Below, piece by piece: positions 54,088 to 63,999 of a stretch of DNA of 64,000 bases. The first letter of the stretch is position 1, and each line of letters starts with the position of its first letter. The DNA is from Acidimicrobiia bacterium (GTDB lineage Bacteria > Actinomycetota > Acidimicrobiia > Acidimicrobiales > Bin134). The notes beneath the pieces are model-generated. The model had not been told where the DNA came from, did not search any database, and was given only the letters and a program-made list of their open reading frames with translations. Where the stretch lies: contig JAJDTA010000175.1 of assembly GCA_022827405.1 (NCBI GenBank), forward strand, positions 8,142-72,141, read 5' to 3'. Position numbers and translations under genes: made by a program.

Positions 54088-55499
54088 CTGCGGTCGAGAT
54101 CGCCACTGCCGTGCGGTCGGGACAGCGTTCGGCCCGATCAGTGGTCGACGAGTACCTGGGTGCCATCGCGGACGGCGATGACGACATCCACGCATTCAAT
54201 CTGGTGACCGCCACCCAGGCCCGGGCTCAAGCCGACGAGATTGACGCCGCGGTGGCCGCCGGCCGCGACCCTGGCCCACTGGCCGGGGTGCCCGTGGCCC
54301 TAAAGGACAACCTGTGCACCCGGGGGGTGCCCACAACCTGCTCCTCTCGCATTCTGGAGGGCTGGGCCCCGCCGTATGACGCCACCGTGGTGGAGCAACT
54401 CCGCCGTGCCGGCGCAGTGACGGTGGGGAAGACCAACATGGACGAGTTCGCCATGGGCAGCTCCACTGAGAACTCGGCGTTCGGTCCCACTCGCAATCCG
54501 TGCGACCCCAGTCGGGTTCCGGGAGGCTCGTCGGGGGGAAGCGCCGCCGCAGTGGCCGCCGGGTTCGCACCGGTGGCGCTGGGCAGCGACACCGGTGGGT
54601 CGATCCGCCAACCCGCCGCACTGTGCGGGGTGGTCGGAGTGAAACCCACCTACGGACTGGTGTCCCGCTACGGCCTGGTCGCGTTCGCCTCCTCACTCGA
54701 CCAGGTCGGCCCCTTCACTGCCACGGTGGCCGATGCGGCTGCCGTCCTCGACGTGATCAGCGGCCCCGATTCCCGCGACTCCACCAGCATCGGAGATGCC
54801 CAGCCCCTGGTGTCCGACACGCTGGGCGACGGGGTAGACGGGCTCCGGGTGGGGGTGCTGTCGGAGTTGAGCGGCGACGGCATTGCTCCCGATGTGGCGG
54901 TCCGATTGCAGGCCGCGGTGGGGGCGCTGGAAACAGCCGGCGCTCGGGTGGCTCAGGCCAGCGTTCCGGCGGCGGTCTACGGGCTGTCGGCCTACTACCT
55001 GATCTCCCCGGCCGAGGCGTCCAGCAACCTGGCCCGCTACGACGGGGTTCGCTACGGGCTGCGAGTAGATGCTGCCAGCACTCCCGACATGAACACCGCC
55101 ACCCGCTCAACCGGCTTTGGCGACGAGGTTAAGCGCCGCATCATGATCGGCACCTACGCCCTGTCGGCCGGGTACTACGACGCCTACTACGGCAAGGCCC
55201 AGAAGGTTCGCACGCTGATCATCAACGACTTCGCCTCGGTATGGGAGCAGTTCGACTTGCTGGTGAGCCCCACCTCGCCCACCACCGCGTTCTCGCTGGG
55301 AGAGCGCACCGCTGATCCGATGGCCATGTACATGAGCGACGTGTGCACCGTGCCGGTGAACCTCACCGGCCAGGCGGCAATGTCGGTGCCCTACGGGGTG
55401 GGCGACGACGGCCTGCCGGTGGGGGTGCAGATCATGGCCCCCGCTCTGGGTGAACCGGTCATGTTCCGGGCTGCCGCGGTGCTGGAAGCGAGCTTGTGA
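54084..55499 (+). CDS. gatA: Asp/Glu-tRNA amidotransferase subunit A
   Basis: GGSSGGS, GSDTGGSIRQPA and SSNLARYDG motifs. Confidence 0.97.
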   Translation: MTAVEIATAVRSGQRSARSVVDEYLGAIADGDDDIHAFNLVTATQARAQADEIDAAVAAGRDPGPLAGVPVALKDNLCTRGVPTTCSSRILEGWAPPYDATVVEQLRRAGAVTVGKTNMDEFAMGSSTENSAFGPTRNPCDPSRVPGGSSGGSAAAVAAGFAPVALGSDTGGSIRQPAALCGVVGVKPTYGLVSRYGLVAFASSLDQVGPFTATVADAAAVLDVISGPDSRDSTSIGDAQPLVSDTLGDGVDGLRVGVLSELSGDGIAPDVAVRLQAAVGALETAGARVAQASVPAAVYGLSAYYLISPAEASSNLARYDGVRYGLRVDAASTPDMNTATRSTGFGDEVKRRIMIGTYALSAGYYDAYYGKAQKVRTLIINDFASVWEQFDLLVSPTSPTTAFSLGERTADPMAMYMSDVCTVPVNLTGQAAMSVPYGVGDDGLPVGVQIMAPALGEPVMFRAAAVLEASL

Positions 55500-56950
55500 T
55501 GAGCGCGGAACGAGACGACGTTCCCGGATTGGGCGCTCCGGCCGAAACCGAGTGGGAGACCGTGGTGGGGCTGGAAGTCCACGCCGAACTCGCTACCGAG
55601 ACCAAGCTGTTCAGCGCCAGCCCCAACCGGTTCGGCGGCGAGCCCAACACCCACATCGACCCGGTGTCGCTTGGCTTGCCGGGTTCGCTCCCCGTCCTCA
55701 ACGAGAAGGCGGTGGAGTTGGCCATCCGGGTGGGTTTGGCCCTCAACTGCCGGATCCAGCCCTCGGTATTCGCCCGCAAGAACTACTTCTACCCCGACAT
55801 GCCCAAGGACTTTCAGATCAGCCAGTACGACCAGCCGATCAACGTCGACGGCTGGCTGGAGCTGCCCTCGGGCAAGCGCATCGGCATCGAGCGGGCCCAC
55901 CTGGAGGAGGACACCGGCAAGACCATCCACATCGGTGGGGGAGGGCGCATCCACGAGGCCGGCTATTCGCTGGTGGACTACAACCGGGCCGGGGTGCCGC
56001 TCATCGAGATCGTGGGCCACCCGGAACTCAGGTCGGCCGAGGAGGCCCGGCAATACGTTTCTGAATTGCGGTCCATCCTGGTGGCGGTGGGGGCATCGGA
56101 CGGCAAGATGGAAGAGGGGTCGCTGCGGGTGGACTGCAATGTGTCGGTGAGGCCCGTGGGAAGCGACCGGCTGGGCACCCGCTGCGAGATCAAGAACGTG
56201 AACTCGTTGCGCTCGCTGGGCCGGGCCATCGAATACGAGGCCCGCCGCCAAATCGACCTGCTAACCAGTGGGCAGGCCATTGAGCAGCAAACCCGGCACT
56301 GGAATGAGGACGACGGGCGCACTCACGCCCTGCGTTCCAAGGAAGAGGACTACGACTACCGCTATTTCCCCGAGCCCGATCTGTTGCCGCTCAACCCCAG
56401 CGCAGAGTGGGTGGAGGAGATCCGCCGAGTTTTGCCCCCGCTGCCCCGAGATCGCCGGCTGTCCTTGGTGGAGGCCGCGCCGACGGTGGAAGCCGACCAA
56501 ATTGCCCTAGTCGTTGAGCGCTCGATGGACGAACTGGCGATGGGTGCCATCAGCGAGGGAGGAGCAGCAGAGCGAGTGATGACCCACATCGTCCAAAACC
56601 TGGCCGATGGCGCGGGAAAGCTGACCCCGGAATCCCTAGCCGGCCTGGTTGGCATGGAGGAAGCGGGAGAGCTGACCGCCACCCAGGCCAAGAAAGTGCT
56701 GGCCATGCTGGTGGAGGGAGGGGGATCGCCCCAGAACGCGGCCCAGGAACTGGGATACGAGGCCATGGACACTGGCGAACTGGAGTCCCTGGTCGACAAC
56801 CTCATTGCCGAGCATCCCGACGAGTGGTCCCGCTTCTGCGATGGCGACGCCAAGCTCACCGGTTTCTTTGTCGGCCAGGTGATGAAGGCCACCCAAGGCC
56901 GGGCTGACGGAAAGGCCGTCACCCAGCTCCTGAATGCCCGCCGCGGCTGA
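55496..56950 (+). CDS. gatB: Asp/Glu-tRNA amidotransferase subunit B
   Basis: VGLEVH, RKNYFYPD and DYRYFPEPDL motifs. Confidence 0.97.
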   Translation: MMSAERDDVPGLGAPAETEWETVVGLEVHAELATETKLFSASPNRFGGEPNTHIDPVSLGLPGSLPVLNEKAVELAIRVGLALNCRIQPSVFARKNYFYPDMPKDFQISQYDQPINVDGWLELPSGKRIGIERAHLEEDTGKTIHIGGGGRIHEAGYSLVDYNRAGVPLIEIVGHPELRSAEEARQYVSELRSILVAVGASDGKMEEGSLRVDCNVSVRPVGSDRLGTRCEIKNVNSLRSLGRAIEYEARRQIDLLTSGQAIEQQTRHWNEDDGRTHALRSKEEDYDYRYFPEPDLLPLNPSAEWVEEIRRVLPPLPRDRRLSLVEAAPTVEADQIALVVERSMDELAMGAISEGGAAERVMTHIVQNLADGAGKLTPESLAGLVGMEEAGELTATQAKKVLAMLVEGGGSPQNAAQELGYEAMDTGELESLVDNLIAEHPDEWSRFCDGDAKLTGFFVGQVMKATQGRADGKAVTQLLNARRG

Positions 56951-56990
56951 AGGGCCAGTTTTCGGGGGATTGGATAGGGTGCAGGGCGGT

Positions 56991-58232
56991 ATGACGCTGC
57001 TGGAACGGTCGGCCCGAATAATCGACGACGGCGCTGACGAGCCGCAGCAGGCGATCCACCCCATGGACGGGTCGTTCCACGAGATAGCCGACGACATTTC
57101 CATAGTGTGCGCGTTCTCACATGTGTGGTCGGTGGCCACCGAGGAGGGGCTGGTGGCTATCGACACCTCGCTTCCGGGGTTCGCTCCCATCGCGCTGGAC
57201 CACCTCCGCCGGTGGAAGGGCCTGCCGGTCCACACCATCGTGTACACCCACGGCCACATGGATCACGTCGGCGGGGCCCCCGCCTTCGTGGAGGACGCCC
57301 TCCAACAGGGGAGGGCCGCTCCCCAGGTGGTGGCCCACGAGGCGGTGGATCGCCGGTTCGACCGCTATACCCTCACCCAGGACTACAACCGGCTCATCAA
57401 CCGCCGCCAGTTTGGGCGAAGCGGCGTGATGGACATGTTCGCCGACGACTGGGTGCGCCCCACCACCGACTACGCCGCTGAGCTGGAGTTGGAGGTGGGC
57501 GAAACGTCGCTGCGGCTCATACACGCCGAGGGGGAGACCGACGACCACACCCTGGTGTGGCTGCCCCACCAGAGGGCGCTGTTCGCCGGCGACCTGTTCA
57601 TCTGGTACTTCCCCAACGCGGGCAACCCCCAGAAAGTACAGCGTTATCCCGCCGAGTGGGCCGCGGCCCTTCGCCGGATAATCGACCTGCGGCCCGCGTT
57701 GTTGCTGCCGGCCCACGGCCTGCCCATCGAGGGGGAGGCGCGCATCGCCATGGTGCTCGACGATGTGGCCACCGCGCTGGAGGGCTTGGTGGCCGACACG
57801 CTGGAGATGATGAACGCCGGAGCCCGCCTCGACGACATCATCCACCAGATTCGGGTTCCCGACGAACTGATGGCCAAGCCCTACTTGCGGGCCAGCTACG
57901 ACGAGCCCGAGTTCGTGGTTCGCAACATCTGGCGCCTCTACGGGGGCTGGTACGACGGCAACCCCGCCCGCCTCAAGCCCGCCCCAGATCAGGCGGTGGC
58001 TGCGGAAGTCGCCCGGCTGGCCGGAGGGGCTTCCGAATTGGCAAGCCGGGCTATCGAACTCTCCGAAGCTGGCGACCTACGTATTGCCTGCCAACTCGCT
58101 GAATGGGCCGCCCAAGCCGCGCCCGATGCCCCCGTCGTGCTCGAACAGCGGGCCGCGGTGTACCAGAAGCGGAGAGACCAAGAGCAATCCCTGATGTCCC
58201 GCGGCATCTACAACGAGGCCAGCAAGACATGA
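56991..58232 (+). CDS. Alkyl-sulfatase-like MBL-fold hydrolase with dimerisation domain
   Basis: THGHMDH, GETDDH, PNAGNPQK and YGGWYDGNP motifs. Confidence 0.85.
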   Translation: MTLLERSARIIDDGADEPQQAIHPMDGSFHEIADDISIVCAFSHVWSVATEEGLVAIDTSLPGFAPIALDHLRRWKGLPVHTIVYTHGHMDHVGGAPAFVEDALQQGRAAPQVVAHEAVDRRFDRYTLTQDYNRLINRRQFGRSGVMDMFADDWVRPTTDYAAELELEVGETSLRLIHAEGETDDHTLVWLPHQRALFAGDLFIWYFPNAGNPQKVQRYPAEWAAALRRIIDLRPALLLPAHGLPIEGEARIAMVLDDVATALEGLVADTLEMMNAGARLDDIIHQIRVPDELMAKPYLRASYDEPEFVVRNIWRLYGGWYDGNPARLKPAPDQAVAAEVARLAGGASELASRAIELSEAGDLRIACQLAEWAAQAAPDAPVVLEQRAAVYQKRRDQEQSLMSRGIYNEASKT

Positions 58233-59383
58233 ACATCGACACCGAAGCGGTAGATCTGGCGCTAACCACGACGAGGGCGGTGCGGAAACGGCTGGATCTA
58301 GAGCGGCCGGTGGACGATCAGATCATCCTCGACTGCATCGACATCGCAGAGCAGGCCCCGACCGGAGGCAACCAAACCAGCCGGCGGTGGATCGTGGTGC
58401 GCGACCCCGAGATCAAACAGGAACTGGCCCGTCTGTACCGCGAGGTGGTGGGCGGCTTCATGCTCGAGGCTCGCGACCGCCTGGAGGGCACCAACCATCC
58501 CCGGGCCAAAACAGTGAGCTCGTCGGCGTATCTGGTGGAGCACCTGGCCGAGGTGCCAGCGATCGTCATCCCCACCATCGTGGGCCGCCACGACGGCAGC
58601 GGCGCGCCCGGACTGTTCGACTCGGTCATCCAGAGCGGGTGGAGCTTCTGTGTTGCATTGCGAGCCCGGGGGCTGGGCACCGCGTGGACCACGGCCATCT
58701 TGGCCAAGGCCCCCGAGTTGAAGGAGTTGCTGGGCATCCCCGAGGAGATCACCGAAATCGCCATGTTTCCGGTGGCTTGGACCAAGGGCACCGATTTCCG
58801 GCCCGCACAACGTACTCCAGCCCGAAACATCACCTTCTTCGACGGCTACGCCCGCACCTACGAGTCCGGTCCGGGTACGCCGGTGACGATGGCCGACGGC
58901 CCCGGCACGATGGTCGAAACCGACATCGCGGCCGAGATCGACGAGGTGTGGGCCGCGGTCACCGACATCGACCTTCCCGCCCAATTCTCCGACGAGTTCA
59001 CCGGCGCAACCTGGGACGATGGTTTCGACGGCCCCGCGCTGGGCGCCACTTTCACCGGCCGCAACTATCTCGAGGCGATGGGCGACTGGGAGGTCCCCTG
59101 CTTCGTGGACGTGTGCCAGGAACCCACGGCCTTCGGCTGGTGTACCTCCGACCCCGACAACCCCGGCGCAAGGTGGCGCTTCGAGCTCCAGCCCCTCATG
59201 GGCGGCGGCACCCGCCTCATCTACCGCCTCCTCCTCGGCCCCGGCCCCTCCGGCCTCAACATGTTCATCGAGCAGAACCCCGAAAAAGAACCCCGAATCA
59301 TCGCCAACCGCCTCCGAGTCCACCGAGCCAACATGCAGGCAGTGGTGAACGGCATCAAAGCCCACATCGAAGCGTCTTCCTAA
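58229..59383 (+). CDS. Nitroreductase-SRPBCC fusion protein
   Basis: TTRAVRKRLD...QAPTGGN nitroreductase, then IAAEIDEVWAAVTD SRPBCC domain. Confidence 0.85.
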   Translation: MNIDTEAVDLALTTTRAVRKRLDLERPVDDQIILDCIDIAEQAPTGGNQTSRRWIVVRDPEIKQELARLYREVVGGFMLEARDRLEGTNHPRAKTVSSSAYLVEHLAEVPAIVIPTIVGRHDGSGAPGLFDSVIQSGWSFCVALRARGLGTAWTTAILAKAPELKELLGIPEEITEIAMFPVAWTKGTDFRPAQRTPARNITFFDGYARTYESGPGTPVTMADGPGTMVETDIAAEIDEVWAAVTDIDLPAQFSDEFTGATWDDGFDGPALGATFTGRNYLEAMGDWEVPCFVDVCQEPTAFGWCTSDPDNPGARWRFELQPLMGGGTRLIYRLLLGPGPSGLNMFIEQNPEKEPRIIANRLRVHRANMQAVVNGIKAHIEASS

Positions 59384-59492
59384 GTCCGTTAGCTACCGCG
59401 AACACCGGGTGTCCACCCCTGACGAAAACTAGCCGTCGCTGCCGCGCCTTTTCCTCCTTCAGAATCCTTGACCATTCATCCGACAGGTCAAC

Positions 59493-59514
59493 TGTCGCTC
59501 TCCTTCTCTATGCT
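59493..59514 (+). promoter_or_regulatory. PafBC/RecA-NDp-like promoter motif
   Basis: TGTCG-N11-TATGCT upstream of the DUF5131 gene. Confidence 0.4.
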
Positions 59515-59552
59515 GTATCCCGTCAAGTCTGCGCTGAACTAGGAAGGTGCCT

Positions 59553-60401
59553 GTGAGCGACCGGTCAACGATTGAGTGGACCGAGGCTACTTGGAATCCC
59601 ACAACGGGATGCGACCAGGTCTCGCCCGGCTGCGACAACTGCTACGCGCTTACCCTCGCCAAGCGGCTCAAGGCTATGGGCAATCACAAATATCAAGAAG
59701 ATGGAGACCTACGAACCAGCGGTCCTGGATTTGCCTTGACACTACACGAGGATGAACTGGCCCTTCCTCATCGCTGGAAATCCCCACGGGTGATATTTGT
59801 GAACTCAATGAGTGATCTGTTCCATCCAGAAGTTCCTGATCAGTTCATTGAAGACGTCTTTCAGGTTATGACTGATACTCCCCGACATACATATCAAGTT
59901 CTCACCAAACGTTCAAAACGTCTAGTCAAGCTGGCAGCACAACTTCCTTGGCCCGAGAACATATGGATGGGCGTGAGTGTTGAGACAGACCCCTATTGTT
60001 TCCGAGTCGATCATCTGAGAGAAGTACCCGCAGCTATTCGCTTTGTATCTGCCGAGCCCCTCTTGGGCGAATTGCCTTCCCTTGGTCTTGAAGCCATAGA
60101 TTGGGTCATAGCTGGAGGGGAATCTGGGGTGAATGCTCGACCCATGCATCCTTCATGGGCGTTTGATTTACGGGATAGATGCCTAGAGTCCAATACTCTA
60201 TTCTTCTTTAAGCAGTGGGGGGCATGGACTCCGAGGGACGATGATAATGCGGTCCTAGTCGTGAATGATGGAACACTAGTTGCGGAACCAGACTCTATTC
60301 CCATTCCTGGATCGCCTATCCGTATGCGTCGAGTCAGCAAGAGTGAGGCAGGTCGCGAACTTGAGGGAAGAACCTGGGATCAAATACCTAATGTAGGTTG
60401 A
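59553..60401 (+). CDS. DUF5131 (phage Gp37/Gp68) three-Cys radical-SAM-like protein
   Basis: STIEWT, WNPTTGCDQVSPGCDNCYA, NSMSDLFH, EPLLG, GGESG and FFKQWG motifs. Confidence 0.92.
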   Translation: MSDRSTIEWTEATWNPTTGCDQVSPGCDNCYALTLAKRLKAMGNHKYQEDGDLRTSGPGFALTLHEDELALPHRWKSPRVIFVNSMSDLFHPEVPDQFIEDVFQVMTDTPRHTYQVLTKRSKRLVKLAAQLPWPENIWMGVSVETDPYCFRVDHLREVPAAIRFVSAEPLLGELPSLGLEAIDWVIAGGESGVNARPMHPSWAFDLRDRCLESNTLFFFKQWGAWTPRDDDNAVLVVNDGTLVAEPDSIPIPGSPIRMRRVSKSEAGRELEGRTWDQIPNVG

Positions 60402-60692
60402 AATAGTATCTTCGTTCCTGAAGGAAAAGTACCAGTTCTGCGATTTCCGGGAGATTCAACTGCTACTATTCTTCCCGCACTTTCCATGGGTGCCAAAGTC
60501 ATGCGCCTTATGTGGGATTCTTTGTAAGGTGTTTCAAGCAGCACATACTCTTCAATTTCTTCGATGTCCGCAGTCTTCCCCGAAAATTCCTTACTGAGTT
60601 CTTGTTGGAGCAAAGTAGTATCCACATTAGATCCTGTAAACAGAGACACCTGATTCCAGTGTGAGGTTCCCCCCGTTGTCCGGACACTTGGT

Positions 60693-61586
60693 TTATGCGG
60701 CTTGTTCTAGTCGTTGTCGGTGGTTGTCCTCCCATTCTGTGGGGGTGTGGTAGTCGAGGGTCGAGTGGATTCGCCGTGTGTTGTAGCGGCCGATCCAGGC
60801 GAAGATCTCCCGGCGGGCTTGGTTGCGGGTCGCGAACCGGGTTTGTGTGACGAGCTCGCGTTTGAGGGATGAGAAGAACGCCTCGACGACGCTGTTGTCC
60901 CAGCAGTTGCCGACCCGCCCTGCGGATTGGCGCATTTGGTGGCGGCGCAGCGCCGAGGCGAAATCCCTGGAGAGATATTGCGGGCCGCGGTCGGAGTGGA
61001 AGACGACCCCGGCGGTGCGGTGGCCTCTGGATGCGGCGGCGGTGTCCAGGGCGTCGATGACCAGTGGGGCGGCCATGTCGGGGGCCATGGAATAGCCGAT
61101 GAGCCTCCGCGATCCGACGTCGAGCACGACGGCGAGGTGCAGCCAGCCCTCGCCGGTGGGGATATAGGTGATGTCGCCGGCCCACACCCGATCCGGCCGG
61201 CCGGGGCGGAACCGCCGGCGCACCAGGTCCGCCGGCGCCGATCTGGTGCCGGCCGGGATCCTCCAGCGGGGCTTGCGGCGCTTGTGGATGCCGCAGATCC
61301 CGTTGAGGCGCATGAGCCTCTCGACGCGCTTGCGGTTGACTCTGCGGCCCTGTCGGCGCAGCTGCGCGGTGACCCTGGGCGAACCGTAGGCCCCGCCCGA
61401 CTCGGCGTGGACGGCGCGTATCGCACCCACCAGCTCGGCCTCGGCCAGCTCCCTCGGGCTCGGGCCCGCCTTTTGGCGCACGGACCAGTCGTAGAACGCC
61501 TGGCGGCTCACACCGGCAACATCGCACGCTGGCTTCGTCGGGAAGCCCTCGGCCCTCCGGGCAGCGACCCACAAATAGCGGGTCAC
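60693..61586 (-). CDS. IS3 transposase OrfB (DDE integrase core)
   Basis: YGSPR, WAGDITY, FHSDRG and DNSVVEAFF motifs. Confidence 0.93.
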   Translation of the reverse strand: MTRYLWVAARRAEGFPTKPACDVAGVSRQAFYDWSVRQKAGPSPRELAEAELVGAIRAVHAESGGAYGSPRVTAQLRRQGRRVNRKRVERLMRLNGICGIHKRRKPRWRIPAGTRSAPADLVRRRFRPGRPDRVWAGDITYIPTGEGWLHLAVVLDVGSRRLIGYSMAPDMAAPLVIDALDTAAASRGHRTAGVVFHSDRGPQYLSRDFASALRRHQMRQSAGRVGNCWDNSVVEAFFSSLKRELVTQTRFATRNQARREIFAWIGRYNTRRIHSTLDYHTPTEWEDNHRQRLEQAA

Positions 61587-61900
61587 TGTCCCGACTCCTG
61601 CACCCAGAAGGCCGTCGCTCGTTTGAGCAGCTCACGCTCCATTCGCAGCTTCGAGTTCTCCCGGCGCAACCGCACCAACTCGGCGCGCTCCCCAGTCGTC
61701 AAACCCGGTCGGTCGCCCCGATCAATGCGGGCCTGGCGGACCCAGTTCCCCAAACTCGTCGCCCCGATACCCAGATCCCGGGCGACATGGGCCACCGGCC
61801 TGCCCCCGTCCAACACCAACGCCACCGCGTCAGCCTTGAACTCCTTGGTGAAACGCCGCCTGGTCCTGCCCGGCGGCCTCTCCTTTTCCATCAATGACAT
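61583..61900 (-). CDS. IS3 transposase OrfA (HTH)
   Basis: RRFTKEFKADAV, VARDLGI and ERELLKRATAF motifs. Confidence 0.93.
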   Translation of the reverse strand: MSLMEKERPPGRTRRRFTKEFKADAVALVLDGGRPVAHVARDLGIGATSLGNWVRQARIDRGDRPGLTTGERAELVRLRRENSKLRMERELLKRATAFWVQESGQ

Positions 61901-62859
61901 GGTTACCTCCTAATCGAGGTGACCGGCCAAAGGGGGGATGCTCAGTGCATATCTGAGAATTGCTGACCATCTGCAGGATCAACTGACCACATTGCGTCTT
62001 TGAATTTTCTGACCCCAGTGATGTTCCTTGTGGCGTAAATTATGTAATAGGCATTGTGACCGTCAGATCGTACCATTTGAAAGTCTAATGCGAACGAAAA
62101 TCTAGCGACTCTCTTCAGTTGACTCTTATATTTCTCAACTAGCACAGGCACAGCATCATCAGCAGCTTCCACATCGTCAAAATTGACAGTTCCATAAAGA
62201 GTTTCAAACCGCCTCCTCACTGGACTATGCGACTTGAATCGGTTGAGATGATCTACCATTAGAATCATTATCAATTCACACTTTGGCGCGCTTAGGAATC
62301 GCCGAATAGTATCCATCGGGACCCCGGAAAAGCCAAATGGATCAATGAATGCAAGTGTCGGAGCTAATCTCGCTTCTTCTTCTGCAAGATTTCCTAGTAT
62401 TTCCTCAATTACATCTTGGAACTCTCCCTCGATGGTCTCAACATTGTAACTCGGTCTCCAGACGGTCTAGTCTCTCGCTATTGTTTTCGATAAACAAGAA
62501 AACAAACTCGCATTCATTTAGATTTGGAAAATAGCTGTGTTCGAGAAGGGTATTGATGGCGATTATTGGTGAGCCAGATTGTCCGCCTTCGTAAATGCCT
62601 GGTCCAGCGAAACCGTCTAGGAAAATGACACGTCCCGAATGTCGTGCGAGAATCGGATACCAAGCCTTCAGATAGTGCCTGAGAAGGTCATGTTTTGCCG
62701 CGGTATGCGGTTCAAGCGTCCATACCGTGTCGCGGGGAGCAGCCATGGGAGAGGGAACATTAGCAGTGCCGACGGGGAAAGCGGTGGATGCTATCTGAGA
62801 GATGGAATGGGTGAATTGACGAGGGGAATCGAATGGTTTGTGGACAGCGGGGGCTGCCG

Positions 62860-63999
62860 CTAGGCCCGTCTAGCGATGTGAGGCTCAGCGCACCATGCGG
62901 TTCTCAATACGGCCAGCGCTTCCATGAACTCGTCGTCGGTCGCATTGCATAGGAGCGGCAGTCCGAGCAGCCCGCAGAAGACCTCACGGTCCAGGCGAAC
63001 CCGGTTTTCGTCGACGTCGGCTTGATTCGCAGGGAGCAACTTCCACAACTTGGCCTCGTCGAACAAAGCGCCTGCTTTTTGGGCCTGCGCAACGCTCAGT
63101 GACCGCGGGTCGTACACAGGCAGCAATGGGAGACTAGTTACTGTGTGTATCGACCGCCTTTTCTGCTGGCGGCTACCAGTGCTCCAAAAGGCATAGAGAC
63201 CGAGGGTGGTGTTCATCCACAGGGCAAGAAACTCGGTGTGCGCCTCGTTCGCTGGTTTGAAGCCGGGCCACGCCCTGCCGCCGAGAGACCTTTTTGGGGT
63301 GACAGCGGCAGCGAGCATCTGCGACCCGAAGTCGAAGTCTTGGTTAAGGTGGAGGCGTACAGCCCAATTCTTGAATAGTTGGCGAGCCGCCTCGTTCTTC
63401 CCTTGTCTAATGCTCCCCGCCTTGTCTGGGTGTGTTTCTATGGACGATTCTCGCCCGCTGACCGCATCGTGCGCCCAGAGCATCGGGAACGGATCGCTGT
63501 CCGGTGGTCCAGGCTCGTCAATTAACAGCGGGGCGCGGTCGCCTTTCGATCCCTGCGAGCCTCGGCTAGTGGCAACGTCGAGGTGGTATGGCCCCCTTTC
63601 GCCTAGCTCGCCCAAAGGGACAATCGGCAAGCTCGCCGGCGCGAAGCGCTGAAGCCGCAATTCTCCAACAGCGATGCCCGCACACGCTTCCGCCACTGTC
63701 TGAGACTTGACGGCGAGCAGTCCGCCGTCTTCGATACGAGCCTCGACGACTCGCCCGATCTCGGTTGAGCCAAGGCGCAATGAAGCGAAGGCTCTATCGG
63801 ATTGATCGCCAGAAATGATCCTGGCTGCGATCACGGCTTCCGGTTCTGAAGGAGGCCTCGAATCTAGGCTGGCCCACCTCACTCGTGCAGGCTCGTCGTC
63901 TGCTCCGCGCGCCTGATGCCGTCTTGTTGCTATTAGCAAGGTTTCGGCTATGCCAGTGTCGGATGAGAATTGGCGTTCGTCATCGGTGGCTCCTGCCAA
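62860..63999 (-). CDS. C-terminal part of a large restriction-modification-like (Type IIG-like MTase/TRD) protein, 5'-partial
   Basis: Runs off the window edge; FSSDTGIAETLL motif-VIII-like segment and TRD-like LALWMNTTLGL...LPVYDP; defence-island context. Confidence 0.55.
   Translation of the reverse strand: MAGATDDERQFSSDTGIAETLLIATRRHQARGADDEPARVRWASLDSRPPSEPEAVIAARIISGDQSDRAFASLRLGSTEIGRVVEARIEDGGLLAVKSQTVAEACAGIAVGELRLQRFAPASLPIVPLGELGERGPYHLDVATSRGSQGSKGDRAPLLIDEPGPPDSDPFPMLWAHDAVSGRESSIETHPDKAGSIRQGKNEAARQLFKNWAVRLHLNQDFDFGSQMLAAAVTPKRSLGGRAWPGFKPANEAHTEFLALWMNTTLGLYAFWSTGSRQQKRRSIHTVTSLPLLPVYDPRSLSVAQAQKAGALFDEAKLWKLLPANQADVDENRVRLDREVFCGLLGLPLLCNATDDEFMEALAVLRTAWCAEPHIARRA

Larger units (their letters stand above)
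60662..61944 (-). mobile_element. IS3-family insertion sequence (1283 bp)
   Basis: 26-bp TIRs TGAGGTTCCCCCCGTTGTCCGGACAC / TGAGCATCCCCCCTTTGGCCGGTCAC (21/26); 3-bp TSD GTG. Confidence 0.95.
60380..62746 (-). pseudogene. tcmP: Three-Cys-motif partner protein TcmP, frameshifted and IS3-interrupted
   Basis: HTAAKH...YLKAW, FLDGFAGPG and FIDPFG motifs; frameshift near 62445; the frame resumes across the IS. Confidence 0.85.

Noticed and set aside
59553-60401. Prophage, from the Gp37/Gp68 label
   Set aside because: No structural, terminase or integrase genes nearby
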